From: Trichoplax adhaerens | Lineage: Eukaryota; Animalia; Placozoa | Assembly: GCF_000150275.1 (NCBI RefSeq) | Contig: NW_002060947.1 | Coordinates: 8,402,043-8,466,042, forward strand | Direction: 5' to 3' | Length of the DNA: 64,000 bases | In this document: positions 27,001-39,754 of the stretch, one piece after another | Layout: each line of letters opens with the position of its first letter | Numbering within the stretch: position 1 is the stretch's first letter | The notes under the pieces: model-generated | Seen by the model: only the letters and a program-made list of their open reading frames with translations | Databases searched by the model: none | What the model was told of the DNA's origin: nothing | Made by a program: the position numbers and the translations under genes

Positions 27001-30000
27001 ATATTAGATAGAATGAATTTTATCAAATGCCATCGGTAAAGTCTATTTACTACTCATTTTACTTCACCAAGATTATGTCGGACTTTTTTAGATATTTGCT
27101 TCTCATAGTAAATGATTAGCGTATACTACAAACTACAAGTAACAATATTTTAGATGCTACTATTCAGTCAGTTATAGGAAATGAATTGAAGATTAATACT
27201 ACGGTATAAAAATTAATTTGCCTAGTTGCTAAGCAAGTTTCAAATAACATTTGGTAATTCTCCATCTGAAACTTTCCGTACCTCACGACTTAACGTTAGC
27301 AGACTGACATTATCTCGGCAAGTTACAGTTGCATTTCTTCGAGAATGATGAACTAGAGCGAGTTCCTATTTGCGATTAAATACAACAGTAATTTAATTTA
27401 CCAACCATTACAGTAAAAATAGATTATGAACTGTAGCTTATAGCTAACCCCAAAACAAGCGCCACGCTTTAATAATGCCAACGTTTGAGATTGCAGCTCT
27501 TTGGTAGATTGATTCATGCTAACACTAGAAACCACCACTAGATGCAGATTACAATCGAAATTAAGGTTAATTTTTAATGGGAAGGAATGCTGTCATTCTG
27601 ATTTAATGCTTTAATTAGGAGCACTATAGAACTAACCTGATCCAGATAAAATCATGTAATAATTTTCTGCATAGTGGCCTTGGCGAATGATTACACGCAT
27701 GGCCTCATAGCTAGATGAATAAGTTTAGAAGGTTAAAGATAGAACATCTGCACTTCCTGTTGTTAATCAAAATTCTTGTTGATTTTTATCATTGCAATGC
27801 AACATACGATTGGTAGCATCCATGTTTACATAAAGCCCATTGCATTTGAAGGGGATACTCCGCAAATGTTTCAATCGTTTTCAGAGCGGTTACAACCTGA
27901 TTTGGAGAGGCAAATAGGTTATAAAAGGATGTATATTTATTATTTGCTACGGTGCGATACCATATGTTCGAGTAGATTATAAAGACATGTTTAATTTTGA
28001 CGGCTAATCTATCCACATCTAGGCTAAATTAATTATCAATATACAGTATAGGCTTACCTTCTTAATCTGTTCATCCGTTCTTTTGCTGGACTTTATTTTT
28101 AAGATGCTGATAACATCATTGGTTAGAGTGCTCTGAAAATAACATGAGGTTAATGTTACCGCTATATAAATATCGTTTAAATTCAAATTAGCTGAATATA
28201 TAAAATGGAACTTGGGCGTAGTCTAATGATGACTTGATATTATAGCAATAGAGTCAAGAAATTAATGGATACTTAAATGCACATCTAGAAATTTATCTAG
28301 ACTGCTAAGGTGGATTCAATCTATGATCGTGTTACGTAATTTGCTCCCTGAAAATTCTCTTATCATAACCAATTAAATTACCTCAGTAGATGCTCTATAC
28401 TTTCTTGGATCGAAGGCCAATGATGTGTTGGTCTGGATCTGAGCCAGATCCTTTTCGATATCGGTAAAAGAATGCAGCCCCGCAAGATCTTCTTTCTGTT
28501 TACTTTGATTTGCTTTTCTATTACCGAAAATGATTTAAATTAATAAATGTGATGCTAGTGTTTCTGATTACTGTTTTGGAGTTGATTTTACTTTCGAATC
28601 TTGCAAATATTAATCACTTTTAGTACGGTACCATTAGCTAAGATAGGCTAAATTGCGTCAAAATAATTAATTTTGACATGACGGAAATAAATATATTCAA
28701 ATATTGATATGTGAAAAATTTAAAACGAAAGAACTTTTGATTTTTAGGACAAAGCTAGCAACACGTTAAATATATGTAAAGTAGTTATATCTAAGCAATA
28801 TCTAAAAGGAATCTACCGTAATAAATGTTTTTAGAATATTATTTGGCTTGACTTAATGCTACTTCTTTAGATGACAATATCGACTTACTTTGATATGGAT
28901 ATAAACCATTGAACTATATATACTACTCTCTTAAATCTTTCGATAGGCTGATAGGAGCAAAAAGGAAACGTTAGTAATTATATCAATATTTAATTTTAAT
29001 TATTATTATCAACTGTATGCTATCTGAGTTTTGGGTTCTATTGAGGTATTAATTCAATTCAATTCTAGTACGGTTAAAGCATTGGATATAAGTTAATTGA
29101 CTATTATAGCTTTCTCACTGGATAATTTAGTTTTCTTTAAATATTTGATTATCACTATAGCTATTAACCTTTCTTCATTGGTATTGATTGTTTTACAACT
29201 AATTAATAGACTAGTATCAATATATCTTTAATCAGATATCATGTAATCATTTCCAATTTTATTTGCATTTTATTTTGTGACATATTGTACCCGTATATGG
29301 CTAAATGGATTATCCTGAGCACCAATTAATTATCCTCTTCGTTAAATAAGTTAACTACATTCTTAACTCAAGCTATTCTGAAGGCATGGTAGGCACTAAT
29401 TAGATAATAAATTAGGAGGACACTGAACCTTCTTAATCGGAATAGCTAATCAATAAAGTATTTATAATTTGCGTTCGCATCTGCCCTCCTAATGTAAAAG
29501 TCTAGATAGTTGATATAGCTATCTATAATTTTATTTCACTATAAATAATGATAGGAAAATGTTATCAAAGATTGCGTATTCGTAACAAAACATAATAATT
29601 AAGTCAATATAATTAAGTGACCACTAGATTACGAGTGAAAATGTCATTAAATTCAGGAAACATGCAATTATCATTCTACCTTAATACAGAAATCATCTTA
29701 TTCATTTTATATAACTCGATTGAATTAATGATTTTAAAATAAGAATAATTCAAATAGCATTCAATTGATAACAATAAATTGTATTAAGTTATGATTATAC
29801 TCACGCCTAGGTTATTGAGCATTGATGATTGCTTGGAGGCGTTCTGTCTAGTGGATAAGGATAGAACGCCGGTCAAGTGATTAAATGAGCTATAAAGATA
29901 ATTCTCGGTCCCTAAATTGAAAGATAAATAGGAGAATATTATCGTAAGTACTTTAGTAACGCTTGATTTCAATAAAAGTATGAGCATATTTGGATGGACT

Positions 30001-30519
30001 ACAAAGATAAGTTTTCTTTTCAGATGTACCTGGACGACTTGAACGTGAACGAGATCGAGCTGGTGATTTTCGACGACTTCCTCTCCTACGCCGATGGCTT
30101 TTATCCTGATCACCTTCAACAGGAGAATCATTAGTATTTAGGTACGTCGGTGGCGATTCTAATGAAACTGCATTACTACTATGATTACTGCTTGTATTAG
30201 CAGATTCGGAATGATAACTCGTGTGTGATCGTTGGCGAGAGGAACGTCTTGCAGAACTTCTACCCGAGGTTGATTTGTTGCTACGACGGCTATGCTGACT
30301 AGATAAGCTAGCAATGCTCAATAAATGAAATGTATGATTTCGATCATGAAAATATTCGTCATTTCCTGGCAGTAATTCATTTTTGTTTTGGTTAGAAGTT
30401 GAACTATTGTCGTTGGTTGGCGATGATCGACCTTGTCGTTGCTGGCCGGTGCTCGAAACTGAATTATAACGCCGACGCCTATCCTTATTGAAATTCTTTA
30501 ATAAGAAGTCGTTATCCAT
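24001..30519 (-). CDS. CNBD2: Cyclic nucleotide-binding domain protein, CNBD2/CNBD1-like, with Ser/Arg-rich N-terminus
   Basis: Multi-exon gene encoding AFDPRKYRA, KRTDEQIKK, FAEYPLQMQWALCK, RVIIRQGHYAENYYMILSGS, LKRGACFGELAL..RRNATV (cNMP-binding cassette), WVYIVKSGYCEVLK, VSNGAECIMISK and C-terminal PYPSEDALKQNFQAQTAWNDFK. Stop at 24001-24003; an in-frame stop precedes the ATG at 30519. Confidence 0.82.
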
Positions 30520-31380
30520 GTTGCGTTTGATATCCTTGATTTACTATCGAACATAGGTCAAGGATTAATCTTGTAATGCGTGTTTAAAAGTTGAATTCAA
30601 CTCATATGATTCGACTAAAGGCTTGGGATTTTTCTTTACTTAATTCTGACATAGTGGGCAATTTTCATGTTGGTCTTGAATCTATTAGGATAGCATGGGA
30701 TGAAAATAGTTAGCATTATCTGCAATATTCTATTAAAATTGATACAAGGTACGTAGATACAAGTGCATAGCACTGAAAAGTAATGATGATATCATTTGAA
30801 ATAATTAAACATTCATTGGACGCTGTCAGATAGGCATAACGGATTTTATTAATAACAGAGAAAATCACAGTGAATGGTAAACATAGAACGAATTATGATT
30901 AGGGATGAGGGCAAGAGTAGAAACGGTAATTTGTGATTAAAGATGAGATTGGTGAATATGGCGGTATATTGATTACATTTGGTTGTTAAAAATGGTAGTA
31001 TAGACGACAATGAAAGGGGAAAATATTAATTTAATGAATTAGTGGTTCATTGATGATGACTTCAGAAATTGACTTGGTGCACAAAGTACGAGAACATAAA
31101 TTGGATTATAAAATCTAAAACTTACCTATAATTGTCGCTGCTCCGTAAATCGTTTCAATGATAAATAAATAAGATGATAGTAATAGAAAGCTATAAGATG
31201 ATAGCGATAGGAAGCTTAATTATTTCTATACTCCTTCGTATTAGTGAATGTAGAGAACTTAAAGTGTACACTCAATTAATGTTCTAAGCTAATTTCAACC
31301 GATGTTGTCGGGAGAAAAATGACAGGGGTGCCTGTTGAGATAGTTAATAGTGGGAATATAATAGATAAAATGCCTTACAT

Positions 31381-31410
31381 GTTGTTAGGCAATTGGTTGC
31401 CTAGGACTAC
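31381..31410. promoter_or_regulatory. Tandem X-box-like (RFX) motifs upstream of the CNBD2-like gene
   Basis: GTTGTTAGGCAAT (31381-31393) and GTTGCCTAGGACTAC (31396-31410), just upstream of a probable 5'UTR exon with a minus-strand donor near 31125. Confidence 0.55.
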
Positions 31411-33140
31411 CGCACAAGATCACTGAAAAAGAATGATGAAATTAGATTGAATAGCAATGTTGATTTAAGACGATAAGGAAGATAATTCTGATCACCCATT
31501 AGAATAATATCTAATTAAAATCGAATAATGAGAATAACCTATTGTCAAGAAATTCATCAATAGATATCTTTATTTAATTTACAGATAACGCTTAAAATAA
31601 GAAACAGTAACCTTAGCCATGTGATCAATAGTGCATTCGTGATATCAATAGAATCCTGTGGCTGCAATTAATGACGTGATAATACATTATGCTAATTCAT
31701 TCTATTCCTTATTTGATCACGTAAACTGATTGCATTAATTCTCAATCATTCTGATCGTAGTTATGATACTAAGTTAAAAATTTAAAGTATAGTGAATTAG
31801 CTTAATTATTAATAATATTTTAGCTTTAAATAGTAGGGATTGCTATTGCTTCTGTAATTATATATACAAGGATAAATCTTCCTTGCTAAAAATGAAAATC
31901 TTACATGCCTTAAATTTGTTACAGTTTTTTTGATAGAGGTCGATTAAATTCGAATTTATATTAATTGCAGTGCACTATGTAAAAATAGACTAAAATTATA
32001 ATTATTTTCGATTGCGCTTCATCTTCTGTAATAGAAGATAGTCGTTATTCTGATATGCTAGCGATCCTGTTAAACTATTTCAGTTTCAATGTTTAATTAC
32101 TGCATGCTAATTACATGATGGATTTGCCATGACGATTTTTTTAAAATTTAAAGTTTTGTTTCATTTTCATTAATTGAATACCACAATCGGTGTAGTAATA
32201 AAGCATCTTCATAGTATTATAACAAGAATACGAACTTTTGAAATATTTGCCTTATCACATTAGTTGTTGTTGTTTCATTTAAACTTTGAGTTCTACTAAT
32301 ATTTAACCTCTAGTTTTCAAATTATCGGTAATAATATGAAAATCAGCTGATATCTGCTGTTTGATTATTTATACATTCGTATAGTTTCATATGAATGCCC
32401 TCAATACTAATAAATTGGTAAAGATCCTTTAGTATCGGTAGCAATGATACAAGTAGAGCTTCGCAATTTGCTGATTTTAGATAGAAACTAAAACATACAA
32501 AAAAAACTTATATTCAGATTAATAATTCTACATTCTTTCATGTACAAGAATTGTGCTTTTATTTCTATCACATCTAAATATATCCCGTTCTTATTGCAAT
32601 TAGAAAGAATATTTAAAGCAACATCTAGCTGATTAGTGTATGATTTGCTAACGCTAGTTGAGCGGAAAATCATTACGGTAGAATCTGGATACTATGATAT
32701 TATTTATTGGCATTTTGGGAGTAAAGCTAATAGTCAGTAGACTTTTAATTACAATTATCTGCAATTAGAACTTTTAGCTTAAAAGTTAGGAAACAAATGA
32801 ATTACATTTCACACTGACATCTAAATTAACTGTCTGAAATCGACACTGGCCAGACTATCCTATGCTAAATAATAGAAAAGCATGATCAATGGATTTGTCT
32901 ACCATTACTACCATGGAAAATGATAGAATTTCATGCAGCGTAAGGCTGCTTGATTTAACATAATAGGATTTAGGCAGCACTAGGAAATCTAAAATAGGGC
33001 ATAAAAATTATAAGAATATTTGAGAAAAGAAATTACTGAATCACTCATTTTCTTTCGATATTTCAGGTAATAAACATTTGTATTTGACAATAATTTTAAT
33101 TTTATATGATCTGGAACAAGGCTTACTTGAAAGTATGATA

Positions 33141-36100
33141 TTACATATGGCGATTGTTGCCAAACCTCATCCCTGATTGATTGGCTCCCTTATTGGTGCC
33201 GTATTGCAAGCTTATTACAGCATCGCTTTGCTTTAATTGTTCTTCAGTAAAGCTTCGTCTGTTTTCGGTTGCCATTTTTGCGCCGATTGTCGGCCCATCA
33301 TATCCTAGTTTCTGAGCCTGTTAATATAGAAGTAGGCATGTTAAATTGATGAAAAATTTAAGATCAGAAGAAAGCAATTTATATTCGACTTGAAAGATTC
33401 TTATGATTGGATGACAATAAGGTAATCGCTACCTACCTGTCTTCCTAATGCTTCTAACGATCTTAAAACCTATTAATTTGAGGTTTGAAAAGCATGTTAG
33501 ATATGGCTTTTAATTATCGAGATATTTTATTCAGTAAAGTAGTTAGAATCCTACTGTAGGTCAATAACATTACTGGTACTAATCAATAAGTAAGACCTCT
33601 TTCAAGAAAATTATTAAATTACTTCGTAATTGCTCATAGCAGCAGATTAGTACTATTAATAAATAAGGTATTGATCATCTTTGATGCGGATTACTATTCA
33701 AAAATGGCATATATTCAATGACCAATAAAAAGGCCGTAATTGTTTGCTTCTAAAGCAATGAAATACTATATAATTTCCTATCCCAGGGGAAGATAGATAT
33801 CTAACATTTCTTTAGCGATTACTGCAGGACTGAGTTAGAGAAGAATAAAAGTAAATCTATTTAACTGAGGACTAGAAAAGATTTTGGTTTTATCAAAGGG
33901 TGCTAGCTAGCATGTTATAATAATGGTAAATTTGTTATGAAATCACGTAAATAATGTCTATTGATCTATTATGCATACATAAAGTATATGCTAAAGTACA
34001 TTAGCTTGTTTACCTGTATCATATTTCGAGCTTCATATAAGTCGACAGTTTGGAAGAGATCGCGAGATGGTACACCATATTTGTTGGTAGCCTCTATAAA
34101 TTTAGCTATATTTTCCATCTGATACGTAGTGTTGAAGATATTCTTTTAATATAGCAAGTATCTGGATATACTTTTACTATGACTAGCATATTAATTAATC
34201 TAAGTATTGAGCTGGGATACTTCAGGATTTAAGCTTTTGAAACTAATGTAAGGATATATCAGTGACTTAGACTTTGGTCAATTTCCTGTATGAATCAATA
34301 TGATACTGTCAATCTGTTAATCGAAATAGTTTAATTAAATTCTTGATAGTTTGCGATACTAAAGTATCGAGCATCAATTAAAGTAAAGAAGAGCTTTAGT
34401 TTATCTGCATTATTTATTTAACCATTGAATAATTTCAAATTAACGTCCTGCCATAGCATGAGAGAGAAATGGCTAAGTACTTCAGATTAATAACTATTCT
34501 TACTAGCACTAATATTACCGGCTTAATCGACTAGAACATTGTTTTATTGGGTTTAGAGAAAGAAACGTCTCATAGACTTGGAAGTTGAACTAAACTTTCC
34601 TTTAATTTTATGCTAATAGATGAACGGGTTAAACCCATTAACGAATTCTTTTATTGCCGTCTCTTACCTGCTTAAATGGCATCTTCGTGTTGTTAATTTT
34701 AGTTATGCTGCCTGGGCTTAACTTGTTTATCAAGCTAAAATATTGCCGTATTCAAGAAAAACAAACGATGATAGATACGATTAACATAGCTATATAAGGC
34801 ATTTATAGTGAATCAAAAGGGATATAAATCAATATTTTTAGTCGGTAAGTTCAGCTAAACTAACTTGCACAATATGACGCCATCTTTGAGTACAACTGAA
34901 AATTTGCCATTTGGAAGTGATTCACCTATTACATCCTCGATCCATTTTCTAATATATTCTTCTTGTTCCGGATCGTATTGGTTAGAAATCTAAATCAAAA
35001 ACATAACATTTTGTCATAGTTAAAAATTCTTGAAAACGATAATTGCTGCCTTTAAATTTATTTTTGCATTCTCTTGTAGTGATAAAGCGAGGTCATAGAC
35101 AAACTTGCAGAAGTTCTATCGATATAATGACGCAAATGGGCTACACACTTTTTTATCTTAATTTATAATTATTATAATTTAATGGAGCTTAAACAGTATA
35201 GGTATTCATGTTCCATAGTTATTGTAATGTTTCGGAAGGTTTAGGGTCCGTCATAATCGCAACAAATTACCAGAGTTAAATTAGCAAAGCAGTAGAGCTT
35301 TTTGGAATTAGTGCAAGAGGAAACCGTGTGAGGTTATGGCGTATACAACGATGTAACTAGTCGAATAGCTATAGTAATGTGGAAAAGGTAAAGCATGCAG
35401 GCTAACCGTTTAACTAGCAGAACTAACTGACCAGATAGATGCAAGATTAGCCTATTTAGAATGTAAGATGCGCAGCCGGAGGAAATTCTTTGTAAAACAT
35501 TAATGACTAATAAGAATACCTTAATTCTATATTAGAGTAGTTCTTTGATACAATCAAGCTAAATTATAAGAGATTTCCACAGTATGAATAGTTAGATATA
35601 GATTATACACATAAGGAGTTATGTTACAATCGATATGGAAATTGACTTTACTAAGAATTTGCGGACAATACCGTATTTAATAGTATACACTACAGTTATA
35701 AATTAAAAATTAACCGAAATGTTAACCTTTGATTATATATTTATTAAAAAATCAATACGTTTCTCTTATTTTCCTACAATGATGTATATAGAAAGTTGAA
35801 TATTTAACTGGATGTATCTAATTTTTCGATATGAATTACTAATTTCAACAATCAGCTGCTACAAGGAATGACTGCGGTACATTAGTGGGCTGCTAAAGGA
35901 GTCCAAAGTCCTACTCAGTCCTTATTCATTTATAATAATAATGTATCCCATTTAGTGACAATGAAATGGACCCACCAAGATATTCATTCTATCCTTTACG
36001 TTTACGCTGGATTTAGTTTTGAATTAATAAGATTGTAATAATAATTATAACTATATTAGTATTCAAGCTAAATATGACATTCTAAATGTATTCTGTAAGG

Positions 36101-37259
36101 ACGAGCACATATTATAGGTCTCGTAGAGGAAATTAGAGAAATGGTAGGATAAGAAATGATGATAATGAGAGGGATAATTGGATGTATTGTTGAGCTTAAT
36201 TGGTTAAGTGGGTGGAATAGAGTCTATGGCTTGATTGCCGAAAATTTTTGAAATCATTTCAAGAGGATTGTCCGTCGTAGTAACTTTAAATCAAACTCTA
36301 GCGTTATTAATTTTTAATGGGTTTACTTGGCTATGACAGTCTATTTATGTCGTTCTTTTGCAGAAGGTAACTCTTTATTTCAGTCTCATTTCAATGTTAA
36401 ATTTGTAATTTATTAGTGATAGTCATAAAGGCTAAAATTTTCATGGGCAGGTTTTCTATGTCGTAGAACTAAAATGCCACTGAATGATACGATCTAGAAT
36501 CCGTAGTGATAGGATTGATCCGAGTTAAATAGCGTCAAAAAGAAAGATTTAACTTACAACGTGGTATTTATTAGCAGTTTTTAGGGAAGAATATAGTAAC
36601 TTATTCGCTTTATATAAATAATTAACAATTATATCGAGTGTTGGTAATCTATTTTAAGGTTGAGTGGATTGAAGTAGTATATAGAACAGTTTTTACACAG
36701 AGATCAATCTCTCATTACTGATTCTTCAATCAACTAATGAACTAGTGATGGAGAATTTGGACTAAAATTTTATCATTACTCAATGCTATAAAGTACAGCA
36801 TCCATTTTAAAGTATCGGCCATGATCTAAATGATTTTCCGAGTGACCTTCGGTCGCATGGGATTAAAAAAATGTTCTGTGCAGATGGAGTGAATACAGCA
36901 TACATGCACACTTTCAATAAACAATTCCGTGATTCTTGTTGCTTTGGTGTTAGAAAAGCGTGGAAATACATCCACTTGAAAATAGTAATGCCGTCAATTT
37001 TATTTAGCTTTAGCATAGATTGATGAATGACGACATTATTGCCCCGCTGGATTGGGTAGAATAAGCTTAGCATTTGATCGTGAATATTTCAAATCAAAGG
37101 ATACGCTTGGGAACATATCACATTAACTTTTTTTATAAGCTATGGTCACGTACGAAGATGTTAATCATTCTCGTATATCAAACGATTGAAGGAAAGCAAT
37201 CAAGTTACATAAAAAGAACTTACTTTTCTTTCCCTTGAATATTGACCAGAATTAGCCAT
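33141..37259 (-). CDS. Transgelin/myophilin/calponin-family protein 1 (CH domain plus one calponin repeat, 180 aa)
   Basis: Exons 37259-37224, 34989-34865, 34734-34668, 34118-34014, 33469-33437, 33317-33141. Motifs LKDGVILCKLINKL, PFKQMENIAKF, DLFQTVDLYE and ISLQYGTNKGANQSGM. TATA-like TATATA near 37345. Confidence 0.95.
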
Positions 37260-39754
37260 GTTCGACGTTTTATAGTACTAAATCAACAATCTCTTATCCT
37301 CGTTTTTAAAAATTTTCCACTGCTGGGTTAGTATTATACAACTATATATAGCACTTGGCTGGAGGTAGGTAAAATCGACTTGTCGATGGTAATTTCCTTC
37401 TTTATTTGCTTGTAAGGCAGACTTTAATTAGACAACACAATCAACTATCAATTCAATATAACTGAAGGAGTGTTGATAGAAAACTTGGTATTAATTTGAT
37501 TGCAATTGTATTATTAGAGACGTAACGACTCCATAAGGACTTGATTTTCTGTAGTTTATTAAGATGAATAATAACTTTAACTACTTTAGACAATTGTATT
37601 GGATAACTCTTTTCTACTCTGTTATATCATGATAATAAAATATGCCATTAACCAATAAGGGAAAAGAAAGGTGATAGTTTATTAGTTTAGTTTTAAATGT
37701 CGTCATAAATAAAAGAAAATGAAAAATAAAAATAAAAATTACATGAAATGATTGGTGCATCAATTGGATCGTCGTGGTTTATCATTGCTTTCCTAAATGA
37801 TATCATCGCGTCCTACTGACAGCTTCTCAGTCCAATAATAAAAAAAAAAAATTATGTAGACTCTCTAAGCCAAGCAGTAGTAGAAATGGAGTAATCTCTT
37901 TAGTCGGTATTTACGTCATATACGAGTACCCGTATGTCTTGCTCGACATTCCTGATAGCAATTATGCGCACCATTAAAATGAATGAGACTTGACTTAGTT
38001 GAGAAGTAAAACGATTCACTTCAAGACTGGAAATATTATGAATTCTAGGTGCATCACTACCAAGTGCTTAGTAGTTTACTTTGCCATCAAGAAATAAATA
38101 TAATCAGAAGGAATAGTCAAAGGATGACTTTGCAGGCCTGCAGATTTGTAGGGAATAGTTTTTGCATTCTCACGAATGTGGAATGGCAAGTACGATTAGG
38201 CTAACGGCAGGGTATTCTACCCGAGGCTAGCCATAGGCAGGCGTTCAATAAAACTAGAAATAGGGGTGGTGTTTGTCAAAAATCGATCTACCCTGATATA
38301 CTCGTATGTAGCGGTTATCGTATCTTTAGCCTTTATTTATGATCATGGCTAGTACTATTAAAATTGCGGTATGTAAAAAATTCAATCAGGCGATGACGGT
38401 AACTTGCGTTGCATTATCGGTCGTTACTGTTCGCTTGAAGTAAATATATGTGCCATAAAAAATATCCAATTGTATCATCTCTACATACTTTAGAATTTCT
38501 GAACCAAGGGTATTGATTCAGTTTTATTCAGTCCATATACAAAACTAAATATTTTATGCAGTTAGTAATATTCTTGTAGATGAACGTCTTGGCTGAGAGT
38601 AAAGTGCTGTAGTTTAGACTGTTTGGATTAAACCAGAGTACTAATACACAGTCTACTGCACACTAGCCCTATTCCATTTCTATGCATGCTATATTGCAAT
38701 ACTTTACTCAATTTGCGGTCGATGTCGTTTGTAAATTGGGACAAATAGGAATATAAGACTGCAAAGCTACTCGTAGCGTTATTGATGAACTCGCAAGACA
38801 ACTTGAGCTGCAATCCTGTCAAAGCAGCGACCATCCTGAGGAACAGTTTCTGTAACCATGTGATATTAGGGTTGATCACTTTTATCATAGTGACAACATG
38901 GAATGGAACTTGTAGTCTATACCTCAATCCATCATTTTAACGGATCTAATGTTAATGGATTTGACCTGAACTATGATAAAACATTCGCTATGTCTAATCC
39001 GAAGCTGAGCGATTATCCGTTTATCCTCACTGCAACCTTTTCTTTGTCGAATCCTAATGAATTATAATTATTGATAGACAACATGGAACAGTGACAGATA
39101 GTTTGTATTGGAAACTTTAAAGAAATAATATTACTCAATACTGTAATAAAAAATAATAAAAATGTCAAGAGCCAATTGCTTAAGGTTATATTAATCTGTC
39201 TGAGTGAAATTGGAGCCAACTTTTAAGCATATTTCTGAAAAATTGAAGGAAAAAGCAACACTGCTCCTATGCAGTAGCTGAATATTAGACCCCAAACCTT
39301 TCCCTGTGAGTCAGTGACACATCCAAATATGCCGCTGGAACGGCTCTATCCCTACATTATATTTGTCCTAGTAAATATGTAAAGTGTGAACGAAATGAGC
39401 ATCTTTTAAAATCTTAATTGATTGACTTTACAATTGCGGCGTTTCTGAATATATCATAGGGAAATAATTGGATCTACTGAATATCTTGCAACCATTTTTT
39501 TTCGAGAGCTTGGCCAAGCCTTAATGGTCTGTCCAATGTACGTACGTATGTACCAGAGTCCCAAAGCAGTGTACAGTATATTGTACACATTTACTGAACT
39601 GTAGACTGTAGTACGGTACTGTAAATTACGGGCAGTACCCGTGTGTGCGCACTAGCACTCGACCGTTTTGCGCAGGTCCGTTGTATACTCAAAATAGGCC
39701 GAACCCGCGAAATCGCCATTTCAAAAGCTGTCCCGCTGGTCATACGGAAGCTAG

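Noticed and set aside
37531-37661. CArG (SRF) boxes upstream of calponin-1
   Set aside because: CCATAAGG and CCAATAAGGG do not fit CC(A/T)6GG exactly, and near-matches are common in AT-rich DNA.
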